From Pecten maximus (Eukaryota), in assembly GCF_902652985.1 (NCBI RefSeq), contig NC_047031.1:26164001-26228000 (forward strand): 64,000 nucleotides of DNA. The letters run 5' to 3'. This document shows positions 26,681 through 39,560 of this stretch, one piece after another (position 1 is the stretch's first letter; every line of letters starts with the position of its first letter). A model generated the notes under the pieces. The model saw nothing but the letters and a program-made list of their open reading frames with translations, had not been told where the DNA came from and searched no databases. The translations under genes were made by a program, and so were the position numbers.

Positions 26681-27549
26681 TGTCTGTGTAATATATCATG
26701 CAGCTAAAGTAAAAGCTGCCCGGACTATTGCTCATTTTCTCACTTCTAATTTTATTTTGTTTTATTGTCCATATTTCCCTATAATCTGCCATAGATACAT
26801 GTTCATCTAAGAATATCGCTACATCAGTCTTGGAGCTAGTTCTGAGTCCATGTTTGACATGATGCCCTGTGATGAAGATGTTTTACAGAGGTGGGGGTGA
26901 AATAAAGATATGTTACAGGTTTCAAGTATAAAAAACATGGTTAAACAGGATCCCTGATGTTGGACAGATAACCATCAGGCTAAAAGGGTAGAACTTTTAA
27001 ACATGTACCCAGTAATTAAATAGGCATAGCTGGTGATGGAGCCGATAGTGTCAAGAGCTCTGTATGTGCTTCTGCCCTTTTAACAGTGAAGGTCGGAGAA
27101 GGCAGATAAGGAAGCAGACCTAATGGTAAGGTCAGAGGTCACTAGGGTCATTGTAGTTTCCTCAAGGTCAGCATTGTTGTAGGTTGTGTAGGGTCATAGT
27201 AATCTAGATTAGACAGAATAGGGAGTGGGTGGGAGGGAACGTGGAGCAGGAAAACTGATGATAAGAATAAATGAAGGGAAAACAGGAAGAGCGAGAGATA
27301 AGAGGGGGGAATACAGAACAAGGAGAGTGAAAGATAGTAGGAGGGAGAGAAGGGAAAACAGGAAGTGTGGGAGATAATAGAGGGCAGGTAGAACAGGGAG
27401 AGAGGATCGAAGAATAGTAGGAGGGACATAAGAGATGAGAAGAAAATTAAATTTGAAATTTAAGTGTGAGAGGAAGATGGAGATATGTTTTGGAAAGCAT
27501 CAAAATGAAAATAGGAGCTGATGGAAAGGGTGAGACAGAGAGAAGAAAA

Positions 27550-28763
27550 ACAGAAAATGGAATGCTATAGTAGAGGGAGGGAGAACAGGAAATGGAATAC
27601 TAAAGTAGAGGGAGGCAGAACAGGAAATGGAATGCTATAGTAGAGGGAGGCTGAACAGGGAATGGAATGCTATAGTAGAGGGAGGGAGAACAGGAAATGG
27701 AATGCTATAGTAGAGGGAGGTAGAACAGGAAATGGAATTCTATAGTAGAGGGAGGGAGAACAGGAAATGGAATACTATAGTAGAGGGAGGGAGAACAGGA
27801 AATGGAATGCTATAGTAGAGGGAGGGAGAACAGGAAATGGAATGCTATAGTAGAGGGAGGCAGAACAGGAAATGGAATACTGTAGTAGAGGGAGGCAGAA
27901 CAGGAAATGGAATACTATAGTAGAGGGAGGGAGAACAGGAAATGGAATACTATAGTAGAGGGAGGCTGAACAGGGAATGGAATACTATAGTAGAGGGAGG
28001 CTGAACAGGAAATGGAATACTGAAGTAGAGGGAGGCAGAACAGGAAATGGAATGCTATAGTAGAGGGAGGCAGAACAGGGAATGGAATGCTATAGTAGAG
28101 GGAGGGAGAACAGGAAATGGAATGCTATAGTAGAGGGAGGTAGAACAGGAAATGGAATACTATAGTAGAGGGAGGCAGAACAGGAAATGGAATGCTATAG
28201 TAGAGGGAGGGAGAACAGGAAATGGAATGCTATAGTAGAGGGAGGTAGAACAGGAAATGGAATTTATAGTAGAGGGAGGGAGAACAGGAAATGGAATACT
28301 ATAGTAGAGGGAGGCTGAACAGGAAATGGAATGCTATAGTAGAGGGAGGGAGAACAGGAAATGGAATGCTATAGTAGAGGGAGGCTGAACAGGAAATGGA
28401 ATATTATAGTAGAGGGAGGCTGAACAGGAAATGGAATGCTATAGTAATGGGAGGGAGAACAGGAAATGGAATACTATAGTAGAGGGAGGCAGAACAGGAA
28501 ATGGAATATTATAGTAGAGGGAGGCTAAACAGGAAATGGAATACTATAGTAGAGGGAGGCTGAACAGGAAATGGAATGCTATAGTAGAGGGAGGCAGACC
28601 AGGAAATAGAATGCTATAGTAGAGGGAGGGAGAACAGGAAATGGAATGCTATAGTAGAGGGAGAGAGAACAGGAAATGGAATGCTATAGTAGAGGGAGGC
28701 AGAACAGGAAATGGAATACTATAGTCGAGGGAGGGAGAACAGGAAATGGAATGCTATAGTAGA
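27550..28763. repeat. Purine-rich minisatellite, 35-bp unit
   Basis: The unit is GGAAATGGAAT(G/A)CTATAGTAGAGGGAGG(GA/CA/CT)GAACA, about 34 copies, with purine-rich decayed flanks. Confidence 0.97.
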
Positions 28764-29397
28764 TTTAGTGTAGAAGATTGGAGGACAGAAATCAAAAGGA
28801 GAGAAGTTAAAAGTGCTGAGGAATGGAAAACACAGGATTGAGAAGATAATTGAGGAGTTTGATGATCGTGTTGAATATGAAAGTTAAAATGTTCTTATTT
28901 TGTTAATATGGAAGTTATCTCATGAAATTAACACATTTAATGTTAGAATGGTAGACATTGTTTATTTTTTTACCAATCCAGTAAGGTTTAGCTAGCGAGG
29001 CTCTCCAGTTCATTATACAATATGTACTGAATTACCACTCATAATTCATAAATACTCCATTACGTCACAACATCTGCAACATTTTAACATTCATTAGATT
29101 CATTAAAATTGAAACAGTATATTTTGTTAGTGTATTGATGTTTAATGCATGCATACTTTTAATTTCTATACAACTTTCCCCCCAGCTGTTGCAGTCTGGG
29201 TGGGACATCTACATAAAAGGGCTCCAGTAACATTTCATACTACAGTTATTTCTTACTCGTTTATATTCTTACATTCACACGGCTTCTTTAGTGTGTCACA
29301 TACAGTGAAACCTGACTTTACTGACAGCTCAGTCAGTTGTTGTACCGACAGTTGTACATATGGCATGCAACATGTCTCCCATATGTCTCCCATATGC

Positions 29398-29433
29398 TGT
29401 TCAGTGAGGTAGCCACCACCTACTACAAGGAGA
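29398..29433 (+). repeat. Dispersed ~36-bp motif, copy 3
   Basis: The sequence is TGTTCAGTGAGGTAGCCACCACCTACTACAAGGAGA. Confidence 0.85.
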
Positions 29434-31104
29434 CTGACTAATATGCACACGTTAATTTTCTTCAAACTTACTCAATGCCATAACTAGCATGTTTTACCAA
29501 GTAATATGGCCATGTCATAGATATCGTAATACGGAAAGTGTGTTGTCATCAATTAATGATGTCTTCGTAGCGAAAAACATTCTGTTGGAGTCAAAATTTA
29601 TCTGTGTCCTGGGGAATTTAGAGTTTCCCCTTATCGCGCATGATAAATAGAATCTCATACTTGTGTCAACGTAATATGTTTAAAAATTTGTTAGATATTT
29701 TGATATTTCACTCAGCGCAACACTTTTAAGACATATCAAATTATTGAACTTGTTAAATAAATTCTGTGTTACATTTTATACATGTGCAAGATCTTCTATG
29801 TCTAACTATCGTCACTGCTGTTAGCCATGTGGTCCTGAAACTGTCCATCTTTCTTGTCCATCATACACTGATACAGTTACAGTTACTGGCAATGGGACAA
29901 CGATTATTCAAATTTTGTTATAGCGAGATTCAGCCGTTTCTCTACATCTGACAGAATTTATAATTCATACAACTGGAGTCGGAGAATTTATTGCGAATTT
30001 CTCCTCACACGTTTTCCCGTGTGTTTACAATGTAACCATAGAAACATAATAGTCGGGAACTCGTGCATGAAAACATTGGACCATAAATAAGAAGGAGCTG
30101 ACACAAGTGAGCCCTACTTAGTTATATAGGGGTAACTCAGGTTTCAATTTTTTTTATTAAGTTGTTGTAAAATTTGAACTTATATGAATATCAACCAGAT
30201 TTTTATCAAAGTTTTTCATTTATTCTTGGCTCAGATTTTGTAACTTGGCTACATTCAAATGAATATGATAACTAGGTACGATAAATTTTCTTGAATTATG
30301 AAGACCTTTTACCAAATTTTTATTTGAAAATTTTATGAGAATTATATTTAAGTTTAGATAGATGGTTGTTTTTGGAGAGATATTTTCTTCTTTACCGTAT
30401 TATAATTGAACTTCAAAACCTCTAACACAAACTCTACTTATCTTAATTGTATAGCCTCATAATCCTGCCACATACTAAACCACATGATAGTAATGTAAGT
30501 GTTTCAACTGTTTGACTCTTGAAGTTTTGGATTATGTAGTTTGAATTTTTAATTTATAATAGAATTTCGTCTAGAATTTCATCTATTTAAAAACAAAATG
30601 TATAGTTTGCTGAAGTGCTGATTTTTAATATAATTTCGTCAAATTGAGAACAAATAAGATTTTCTGAATTTTTAATTTATATTAGAATTTTATCAAGTTT
30701 AGAAAAAATAAAGTTTACCATCAACTTGTTATAATAATCACATCAACATATATACACCCTGGTAAATAGCAATATGTTTTTGTCATTTACCGTGCCATCA
30801 TAAAGAATTAACCGACATCAAAATTTTGTGACCTCTATCGTAACACCAGTGTGTATTTCAGTAAGGTATATCGTAATTTGAAGTGAAATGTTTGTAGAAT
30901 AAAGAATCCACGTTTGATGTGGATAATGTAAATGTTGAAATGATTAGTGTTTTAAGTGAGAAGCAGATGTGGGCTGTAAACGGCCGGTATTGTGATCATG
31001 CTTTGTTCTATAACTATTGTTATATGTATTGTTAACAGTTGGAATTAGCTGTTGTTCTTTAGGGAGAATATCTCTCGGGTTAGATTCCGTTTTTTTGGGT
31101 GGTT

Positions 31105-31243
31105 TTGGTACAGTATTTATCCAGCAATAAGCCCAAGTCTGATAATAAGCCCATCCATCTATTGCTGTATTGCATGGTAAGATTTCAGTGTTTTGAGAGG
31201 TGTTGGTACAGTATTTATCCAGCAATAAGCCCAAGTCTGATAG
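31105..31243. repeat. 40-bp direct repeat pair, 98 bp apart
   Basis: TTGGTACAGTATTTATCCAGCAATAAGCCCAAGTCTGATA starts at 31105 and 31203. Confidence 0.9.
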
Positions 31244-31408
31244 TATGCCCCACATGTCTGATGGTGTGGCCAATTGGTTAGTTAAGTTTGGTGACTAATA
31301 TATCATACTTTTTATTTAATTTCCAGAAATGGGTTTATTGAATCATGAATACAATATGTAGATGTTTGGTATTTCATTGAATGAGTAATTGAATAAAATG
31401 TCCCAAAA

Positions 31409-32726
31409 TGTTGATACGATGAAGTACAAGGTCCCATGGTGTTGATACGATGAAGTACAAGATCCCATAGTGTTGATACGATGAAGTACAAGGTCCCATG
31501 GTGTTGATACGATGAAGTATAAGGTCCCATGGTGTTGATACGATGAAGTACAAGGTCCCATGGTGTTGATACGATGAAGTACAAGGTCCCATGGTGTTGA
31601 TACGATGAAGTACAAGGTCCCATGATGTTGATACGATGAAGTACAAGGTCCCATGGTGTTGATACGATGAATGAATTACAAGGTCCCATGGTGTTGATAC
31701 GATGAAGTACAAGGTCCCATGGTGTTGATACGATGAAGTATAAGGTCCCATGGTGTTGATACGATGAAGTATAAGGTCCCATGGTGTTGATACGATGAAG
31801 TACAAGGTCCCATGGTGTTGATAAGATGAAAGAATTACAAGGTCCGATGGTGTTGATACGATGAAGTACAAGGTCCCATGGTGTTGATACGATGAATGAA
31901 TTACAAGGTCCCATGGTGTTGATAAGATGAAAGAATTACAAGGTCCCGTGGTGTTGATACGATGAAGTACAAGGTCCCATGGTGTTGATACGATGAAGTA
32001 CAAGGTCCCATGGTGTTGATACGATGAAGTACACGGTCCCATGGGGTTGATACGATGAAGTACAAGGTCCCATGGTGTTGATACGATGAAGTACACGGTC
32101 CCATGGTGTTGATACGATGAAGTACAAGGTCCCATGGTGTTGATACAATGAAGTACAAGGTCCCATGGTGTTGATACGATGAAGTACAAGGTCCGATGGT
32201 GTTAATATGATGAAGTACAAGGTCCCATGGTGTTGATATGATGAAGTACAAGGTCCCGTGGTGTTGATATGATGAAGTACAAGGTCCCATAGTGTTGATA
32301 CAATGAAGTACAAGGTCCCATGGTGTTGATACGATGAATTACAAGGTCCCATGGTGTTGATACAATGAAGTACAAGGTCCCAAGGTGTTGATACGATGAA
32401 GTACAAGGTCCCATGGTGTTGATACGATGAAGTACTAGGTCCCATGGTGTTGATACGATGAAGTACTAGGTCCCATGGTGTTGATACAATGAAGTACAAG
32501 GTCCCATGGTGTTAATACGATGAAGTACAAGGTCCCATGGTGTTAATACGATAAAACACAAGGTCCCATGGTGTTGATATGATGAAGTACAAGGTCCCAT
32601 GGTGTTGATACAATGAAGTACAAGGTCCCATAGTGTTGATATGATGAAGTACAAGGTCCGATGGTGTTGATATGATGAAGTACAAGGTCCCATGGTGTTG
32701 ATAAGATGAAGTACAAGGTCCCATGG
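31409..32726. repeat. Minisatellite, 31-bp unit (occasional 35-bp variants)
   Basis: The unit is GTGTTGATACGATGAAGTACAAGGTCCCATG, about 42 copies. Confidence 0.97.
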
Positions 32727-33237
32727 AGTGGATGTGGTGAAGAATCAAGCGAAGGATCCCAAAGAGCTTGTTGAATGATGCAAGGTGTCAGTTTGTAAAC
32801 AAAGTGATAGCTGTACATTATGCTGTATCAACGTCATCTTCACGGTATAATAGCTACTTTATCAAGCGTTGACATATAATATACAAACAAACAGCTCTCT
32901 ATCCGATTTCTCATTCAAAACAAAGTAGTAGATTTCAACAAGCCATACCTATTAAATGTTAAGTTAGAACATTTAATTTTCTCCTTTATCATGTATCATC
33001 CTTTTTTAATTGGCAATGTCAATGTTTGTTTCTTAATTAATCTAAATACTTAAAAAACTACTGGTGTTGTAGATCAAATTACCATCTGTTGTATTTCAAA
33101 CCAGATCATTGTAGGAGAGAGTAGTACATACTGGGCGATTTGTCTGTCCCTGTCAAGCTGTTTTCCTGGATTGTTTTATCAAGCAAATAGACAATGAGCT
33201 GAAATTTAATACCTGGCTTTGTAATAATGTTACCTTT

Positions 33238-34298
33238 CCAGTTTAATACCTAGTTTTAGTTTGTTGTTGTCCACATTGACAGAGTTATGTCCCTTTGAAC
33301 TTTAGTTGTTTTGAGGGAGTAGAAGGGGCTGTAGAATATTCTTCACCAGTTTAATACATAGTTTTAGTTTGTTGTCGCCCACATTGACAGAGTTATGTCC
33401 CTTTGAACTTTAGATGTTTTGAGGGAGTAGAAGGGGCAGTAGAATATTCTTCACCAGTTTAATACGTAGTTTTAGTTTGTTGTTGTCCACATTGACAGAG
33501 TTATGTCCCTTTGAACTTTAGTTGTTTTGAGGGAGTAGAAGGGGCTGTAGAATATTCTTCACCAGTTTAATACATAGTTTTAGTTTGTTGTCCACATTGA
33601 CAGAGTTATGTCCCTTTGAACTTTAGTTGTTTTGAGGGAGTAGAAGGGGCTGTAGAATATTCTTCACCAGTTTAATACATAGTTTTAGTTTGTTGTTGTC
33701 CACATTGACAGAGTTATGTCCCTTTGAACTTTAGTTGTTTTGAGGGAGTAGAAGGGGCTGTAGAATATTCTTCACCAGTTTAATACATAGTTTTAGTTTG
33801 TTGTCGCCCACATTGACAGAGTTATGTCCCTTTGAACTTTAGATGTTTTGAGGGAGTAGAAGGGGCAGTAGAATATTCTTCACCAGTTTAATACGTAGTT
33901 TTAGTTTGTTGTTGTCCACATTGACAGAGTTATGTCCCTTTGAACTTTAGTTGTTTTGAGGGAGTAGAAGGGGCTGTAGAATATTCTTCACCAGTTTAAT
34001 ACATAGTTTTAGTTTGTTGTCCACATTGACAGAGTTATGTCCCTTTGAACTTTAGTTGTTTTGAGGGAGTAGAAGGGGCTGTAGAATATTCTTCACCAGT
34101 TTAATACATAGTTTTAGTTTGTTGTTGTCCACATTGACAGAGTTATGTCCCTTTGAACTTTAGATGTTTTGAGGGAGTAGAAGGGGCAGTAGAATATTCT
34201 TCACCAGTTTAATACGTAGTTTTAGTTTGTTGTCGCCCACATTGACAGAGTTATGTCCCTTTGAACTTTAGATGTTTAGAGGGAGTAGAAGGGGCAGT
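33238..34298. repeat. Satellite, 108-bp unit (~10 copies) with 4-mer higher-order structure
   Basis: The unit is CCAGTTTAATACATAGTTTTAGTTTGTTGTTGTCCACATTGACAGAGTTATGTCCCTTTGAACTTTAGTTGTTTTGAGGGAGTAGAAGGGGCTGTAGAATATTCTTCA. Confidence 0.97.
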
Positions 34299-36757
34299 AT
34301 GGTTTCATGTTTCATTTGCTGACATTTAATCCGATACATTGTCTGACAGTTAATCCGATGCATTGTCTGCTTAACTGAGGACAACTTGCTGCTAATAAAG
34401 TTAATAGTCGTGTTTTGTTAATCTAAAAAATCTCAAGTCACGTAGGCTGTTTACGATAAAGCTGTCTACCGGGGTCATGCAACTATACTAACATTAAGAT
34501 TCTGTGCTGTGGAAACATACATCTTTAAATTTTATAAAGGTACACAAGATTCCAAGGGATCAAATTAATTTCTACATTGCTAGTGGTAGAGAGCACTTAT
34601 CAGTTAATATTGGTGGTGGGTCTATAACAAGTACATGCACACCTTATTTGATGTCCATAATTGTACTTCTATACAAATTATACAAAAAGTTGAAAATGTC
34701 TGTATGTCCATTTAGGGAAATTTAAGATTTAAGTAAGATGATTAAATTGACATTAAACTTTTAAAGTAGGTAATTAAAACCCATTGCATGGACTAGGTTA
34801 TTTAATAAAATGTCACTGATTTTTGATTCTGTTGTGCTTTCTGTAATAAAAAAAAACCCAGCCACAGCTTCATGAAGCAACATATATAAAATGACAAGCA
34901 GAGCAACTTTTACAAAACCTAATTATACATACATGTCATATTTTGATATAAAAATTCTCTGAATAATTGAATTAGAGTTTGCAGTAACCATTAAAAGTAT
35001 AATAGTACAATGATGTGGTATCTCATGATAATGGCCATTGTGCTATATCATAGTCTTGTAGGTGCTTGATTGGCTCCTCTGATTACAAAGGTGTTTTAAG
35101 ACTATTCATGAAACTGATTTTGTCATTTGACTCTCCCATCAAATGTTTTTTTTTTTACCTATTTTACCTTCACTTAAGATTAGTTATAATAATCAGAGAA
35201 AAAATTGTTTTGAAAATTTTGTATGACAATTATGATTTTATGAACTAGTTAATGTAAAACGATAAGGAGCTTATTGCTTTTGGCTTTGAATTTTAGACTT
35301 ATTTTAAAATAAAATGTGAACCATTTGTAATCAAATCATATTTCTTAGAAATGATCCCATAAGTTAGCTTACATACTTTCAGATTTCAAATTTCCAGCTG
35401 GTAGATTGTGGTCAAAATTTATACAGCTACTTTCAAATTAATTCTTAAAACTACATCTTTCAAGCTATGATGCATTTTACAATATGATTGATTGATAGGA
35501 TTTTAAAAATTCCAAAAAAAAAAAAAAAGCTTTTCTGATCATTTTCGTCTGAATTTGGGGTAAAAATTTGGAGTCTCTTAGGTAAAAGTTTTAAAGTGTG
35601 TTATTTTCCAAAACAAGGAAAATGGAGGAATATTTTACAATTTAAGTTTAAATTATTGCTTTCCCAAATTTATACAAGCACGGGTTGCTAGAAAATTAGA
35701 TCGAAAACAAAACTTTTTATAAGAACCAGAATTGTTGTATTTAAGAACCTGTTAAAATATAAAAGTATGCTTTAGTAATTAATGAAGTTGACATAGTGGT
35801 GGGCAGACACAGACACCCCAGGATGTGACATATCAAACCCATTAATGTTGGTAGTAGCTTTAGATCTGTCGTCAAAGGTTACAACGGTTTAATACCTCTG
35901 AGTAACTACACTTAATTTACATACTTAATTATGCTACATATGAATAAAAAGTCAGATTAAAAGACTAGAGGACGGCTTTCAAAGAGAATTGACGTTCATT
36001 TGACATTCTATATGATAGCTTGTCAAAAACTTGCATATATCTCCATTTATAAAAAAGACTTGTAATGAAAATAACAAAAAACATACACATATAGATATAT
36101 AGGCAAATTATTGGTGCATTTAGGATATTTGGTCTGTCACTGAAACATCAACAGCTATTTCACCTCATCTTTACATGTTAACATAGGACCACCATTTTAC
36201 ACTACCATCCTGTAGATGTGAAGTTCATATATACAGAACAAAGGATGTGGAAATGATGAATTGTGTTAATTCTGGTGTGGGTTTCAAATGGGGAACAATA
36301 GTTGAAAACTTGCCACAGTAACTAAGTGACAAGCTGACAACCTTTGTCTGAAGTTTGCCATTCGGTCCTCTAGGCCATTGGTCCCAAGTGTTCTGCATCA
36401 AATTTAATGAAAGCACTGATTCTAATCTCAAAGATGTTTGCATTGAATGCACAATGATGGCCACCACAAACTGAATCAATTCGTAATAAAAAGTTTTCTG
36501 TTTTCTCATGATCTGCTCTTGTGACCTTGACCATGATGATGCAACCCCTCATTACCTCCCTTTGATTTAATTTTCGACCATCTCCAGGGGGTGCTGTTGA
36601 CACTGCGAGCTTGTCTGGTCACTGAAACAGCAATGTAAATGTTACAGTGCATGACAGCTTCAGGATGCAAGTCTGCGATGGAGGATACATGAAAGTGTAC
36701 GCCTTGTTTGTTGCTGCCTTCCATTGGCATTGATGTATTTTTGTTATGTTGACAGTT

Positions 36758-36901
36758 AGCCTATGTGGAAAATAATTGTGTGTTAAAAAACTGTTAATAA
36801 TGACCAGCCTATGTGGAAAATAATTGTGTGTTAAAAAACTGTTAATAATGACCAGCCTATGTGGAAAATAATTGTGTATTAAAAAACTGTTAATAATGAC
36901 C
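36758..36901. repeat. 48-bp tandem repeat (3 copies)
   Basis: The unit is AGCCTATGTGGAAAATAATTGTGTGTTAAAAAACTGTTAATAATGACC. Confidence 0.92.
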
Positions 36902-36984
36902 GCTTACAAATGTATATAGAAAGTTCACGAAATATTCTCTTAGAGAGTATAAATGCACTTTGTTTAGAGAGTATGCAGCAGGGA

Positions 36985-36997
36985 TGCCATCTAGTGG
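36985..36997 (-). promoter_or_regulatory. CTCF-like motif
   Basis: The minus strand reads CCACTAGATGGCA, matching the CTCF core CCASYAGRKGGCR. Confidence 0.4.
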
Positions 36998-38712
36998 CTG
37001 TAATGGTATTAACTGGTCTGTGTTTTTTCTCAATGACACGTTTGCATGTTCAGCTAGATACATCGTACTCCAAGCTTCCGACTGATCACAGACGAGCATA
37101 CTTCAGTTGATGAAACCGTTCCCTTGGAAACATTACATTAACTGATATAAAAAGGGAAGAAAAACAATGCGTGAAAAGAAATTGACACGCTCAAATACAT
37201 TTCCTCCCATTTTGAATAGGAAACAGCAGTTTTGTGTTCTGTTCATATACGCGATTGTTCTCGATATCAGATCAACTCTGATGTTCATGCCTATAGCTAA
37301 TACATGAAGGTATTAAACGGAGACTAATATGTCTGAAAGAAAACAATGGTTTCTTCTAATAGAAAACATGTCAAAGTGAAGACTGTTATTCCATGACCAC
37401 AGTACACAACAAACTTAGGTCCCGGAGGTTTCATGAATAGGTCAAAACATTTCTCTGTACTTTAAACACTTGGAGAGCAAAGATGTACAAACATTTTTTG
37501 GAGTTTTATTAATAAGTCGCGCATTCCCAGTACTCTCCACCTATGTACAAGGAAGGTCATCCAGAGTTTTATAAATAGATCACCAACTCCTGGTACTTTC
37601 TACACTCAAAGACCAGGAACAGAACTTCACAATGTAATATGAATGATTCATTCATTCCTCGTACTTCTGTGCTCCGAGACGACCGATGGACAAGGAAGCA
37701 AGTCCGGAGTTTTATAAATAGGTCATAAATTCCAAGTACATCTGTACTTGTAAGAAGTATGTACTTGTTAGAAATATTGGTTTTTGAGGAGCTAGACATA
37801 TCGTAAGCCATATTTGGGTGTTCACAGTAACATATATAGGAATTCCATTAGAAAACCCCTAAACAACGTGTTTATGTAGCTTCCTCGTCCTTTCTACTAT
37901 GTATCATATACAACATGCATCTCATTTTGTATCACAATGAATTCGGTATTGATTTATTTGTGAAATTCTAATGTTTGTGTTCATAAAGTGGTCTTTCAGA
38001 GATGAGGAAGCTGCGATACTAAACCGCAGGAATTTCTCCGCGTTATAAATTTATAGATTTTTTTAGTGCCCCAATTTTTGTTTCCGTAAAAGTGCTGGGA
38101 TGCTTTATCGTAGGAAATTTGAATATATTTGATATGACAGAGGTTTTGTGGGAGAGGTTGGTGAGACAACTGTCTGGTATTGTAATAGACAGCTTGGCTG
38201 TTGACTGAGGCTGATTACAATTGGCGAATCATTTTAGTACAATAACACCAAACCGTCCATCACATATAGGAGGACTATTCAGAATATAGATCACATTTCT
38301 TATCGGTTTCCTTAACTTGGTATCGCCATTATATGTCCATTAATTGTATTGAATATCATTCTCAATTGTAAACACCCTGGGAGATATGGACCAAGTGTAC
38401 TGTTGTTCAACAATGGAATCTTCCAAATAATTTTATCTGTCTCCCCTATGAAATATGGTTTCTTCCGCCTGTGTTCTTTATGATGTAATGTGTTTTGTGA
38501 TGAGAGAGAAGGTTACATGATGGATGACCCCAGTTATGTAATGAGGCTGGAATTTCTTAATAACTCTTCTCAGTTTTCTCTTATTTTACCAGAAAGACTA
38601 TATCTTTCATAATTGAATCTCCAACTTTCTGAGAATATTTTTGATTTGTGGGTAAACAATACACCTGATTACATAAGAGCTTTGAAATGTACAAGGAATT
38701 TACCGTCCTATC

Positions 38713-39560
38713 ACCTGTTGTCGTGGTGATACATGTTACCTGTTGTCGTGGTGATACATTTGACCTGTTGTCGTGGTGATACATTTGACCTGTTGTCGTG
38801 GTGATACATGTTACCTGTTGTCCTGGTGATACATTTGACCTGTTGTCGTGGTGATACATTTGACCTGTTGTCGTGGTGATACATTTGACCTGTTGTCGTG
38901 GTGATACATGTTACCTGTTGTCGTGGTGATACATTTGACCTGTTGTCATGGTGATACATGTTACCTGTTGTCGTGGTGATACATGTTACCTGTTGTCGTG
39001 GTGATACATGTTACCTGTTGTCATGGTGATACATTTGACCTGTTGTCGTGGTGATACATGTTACCTGTTGTCGTGGTGATACATGTTACCTGTTGTCGTG
39101 GTGATACATTTGACCTGTTGTCATGGTGATACATGTTACCTGTTGTCGTGGTGATACATGTTACCTGTTGTCATGGTGATACATGTTACCTGTTGTCATG
39201 GTGATACATTTGACCTGTTGTCGTGGTGATACATTTGACCTGTTGTCATAGTGATACATGTTACCTGTTGTCGTGGTGATACATGTTACCTGTTGTCGTG
39301 GTGATACATGTTACCTGTTGTCATGGTGATACATTTGACCTGTTGTCATGGTGATACATGTTACCTGTTGTCATGGTGATACATTTTACCTGTTGTCATG
39401 GTGATACATGTTACCTGTTGTCGTGGTGATACATGTTACCTGTTGTCATGGTGATACATTTGACCTGTTGTCATGGTGATACATTTGACCTGTTGTCATG
39501 GTGATGTATTTTACCTGTTGTTATAGTGATGCATTTTACCGGTTGCTGTAGTGATACATT
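38713..39560. repeat. Minisatellite, 25-bp unit
   Basis: The unit is ACCTGTTGTC(G/A)TGGTGATACAT(GTT/TTG), about 34 copies. Confidence 0.97.

Noticed and set aside
31312-32818. Overlapping minus-strand ORFs (up to 271 aa)
   Set aside because: These are read-through of the 31-bp minisatellite in all three frames.
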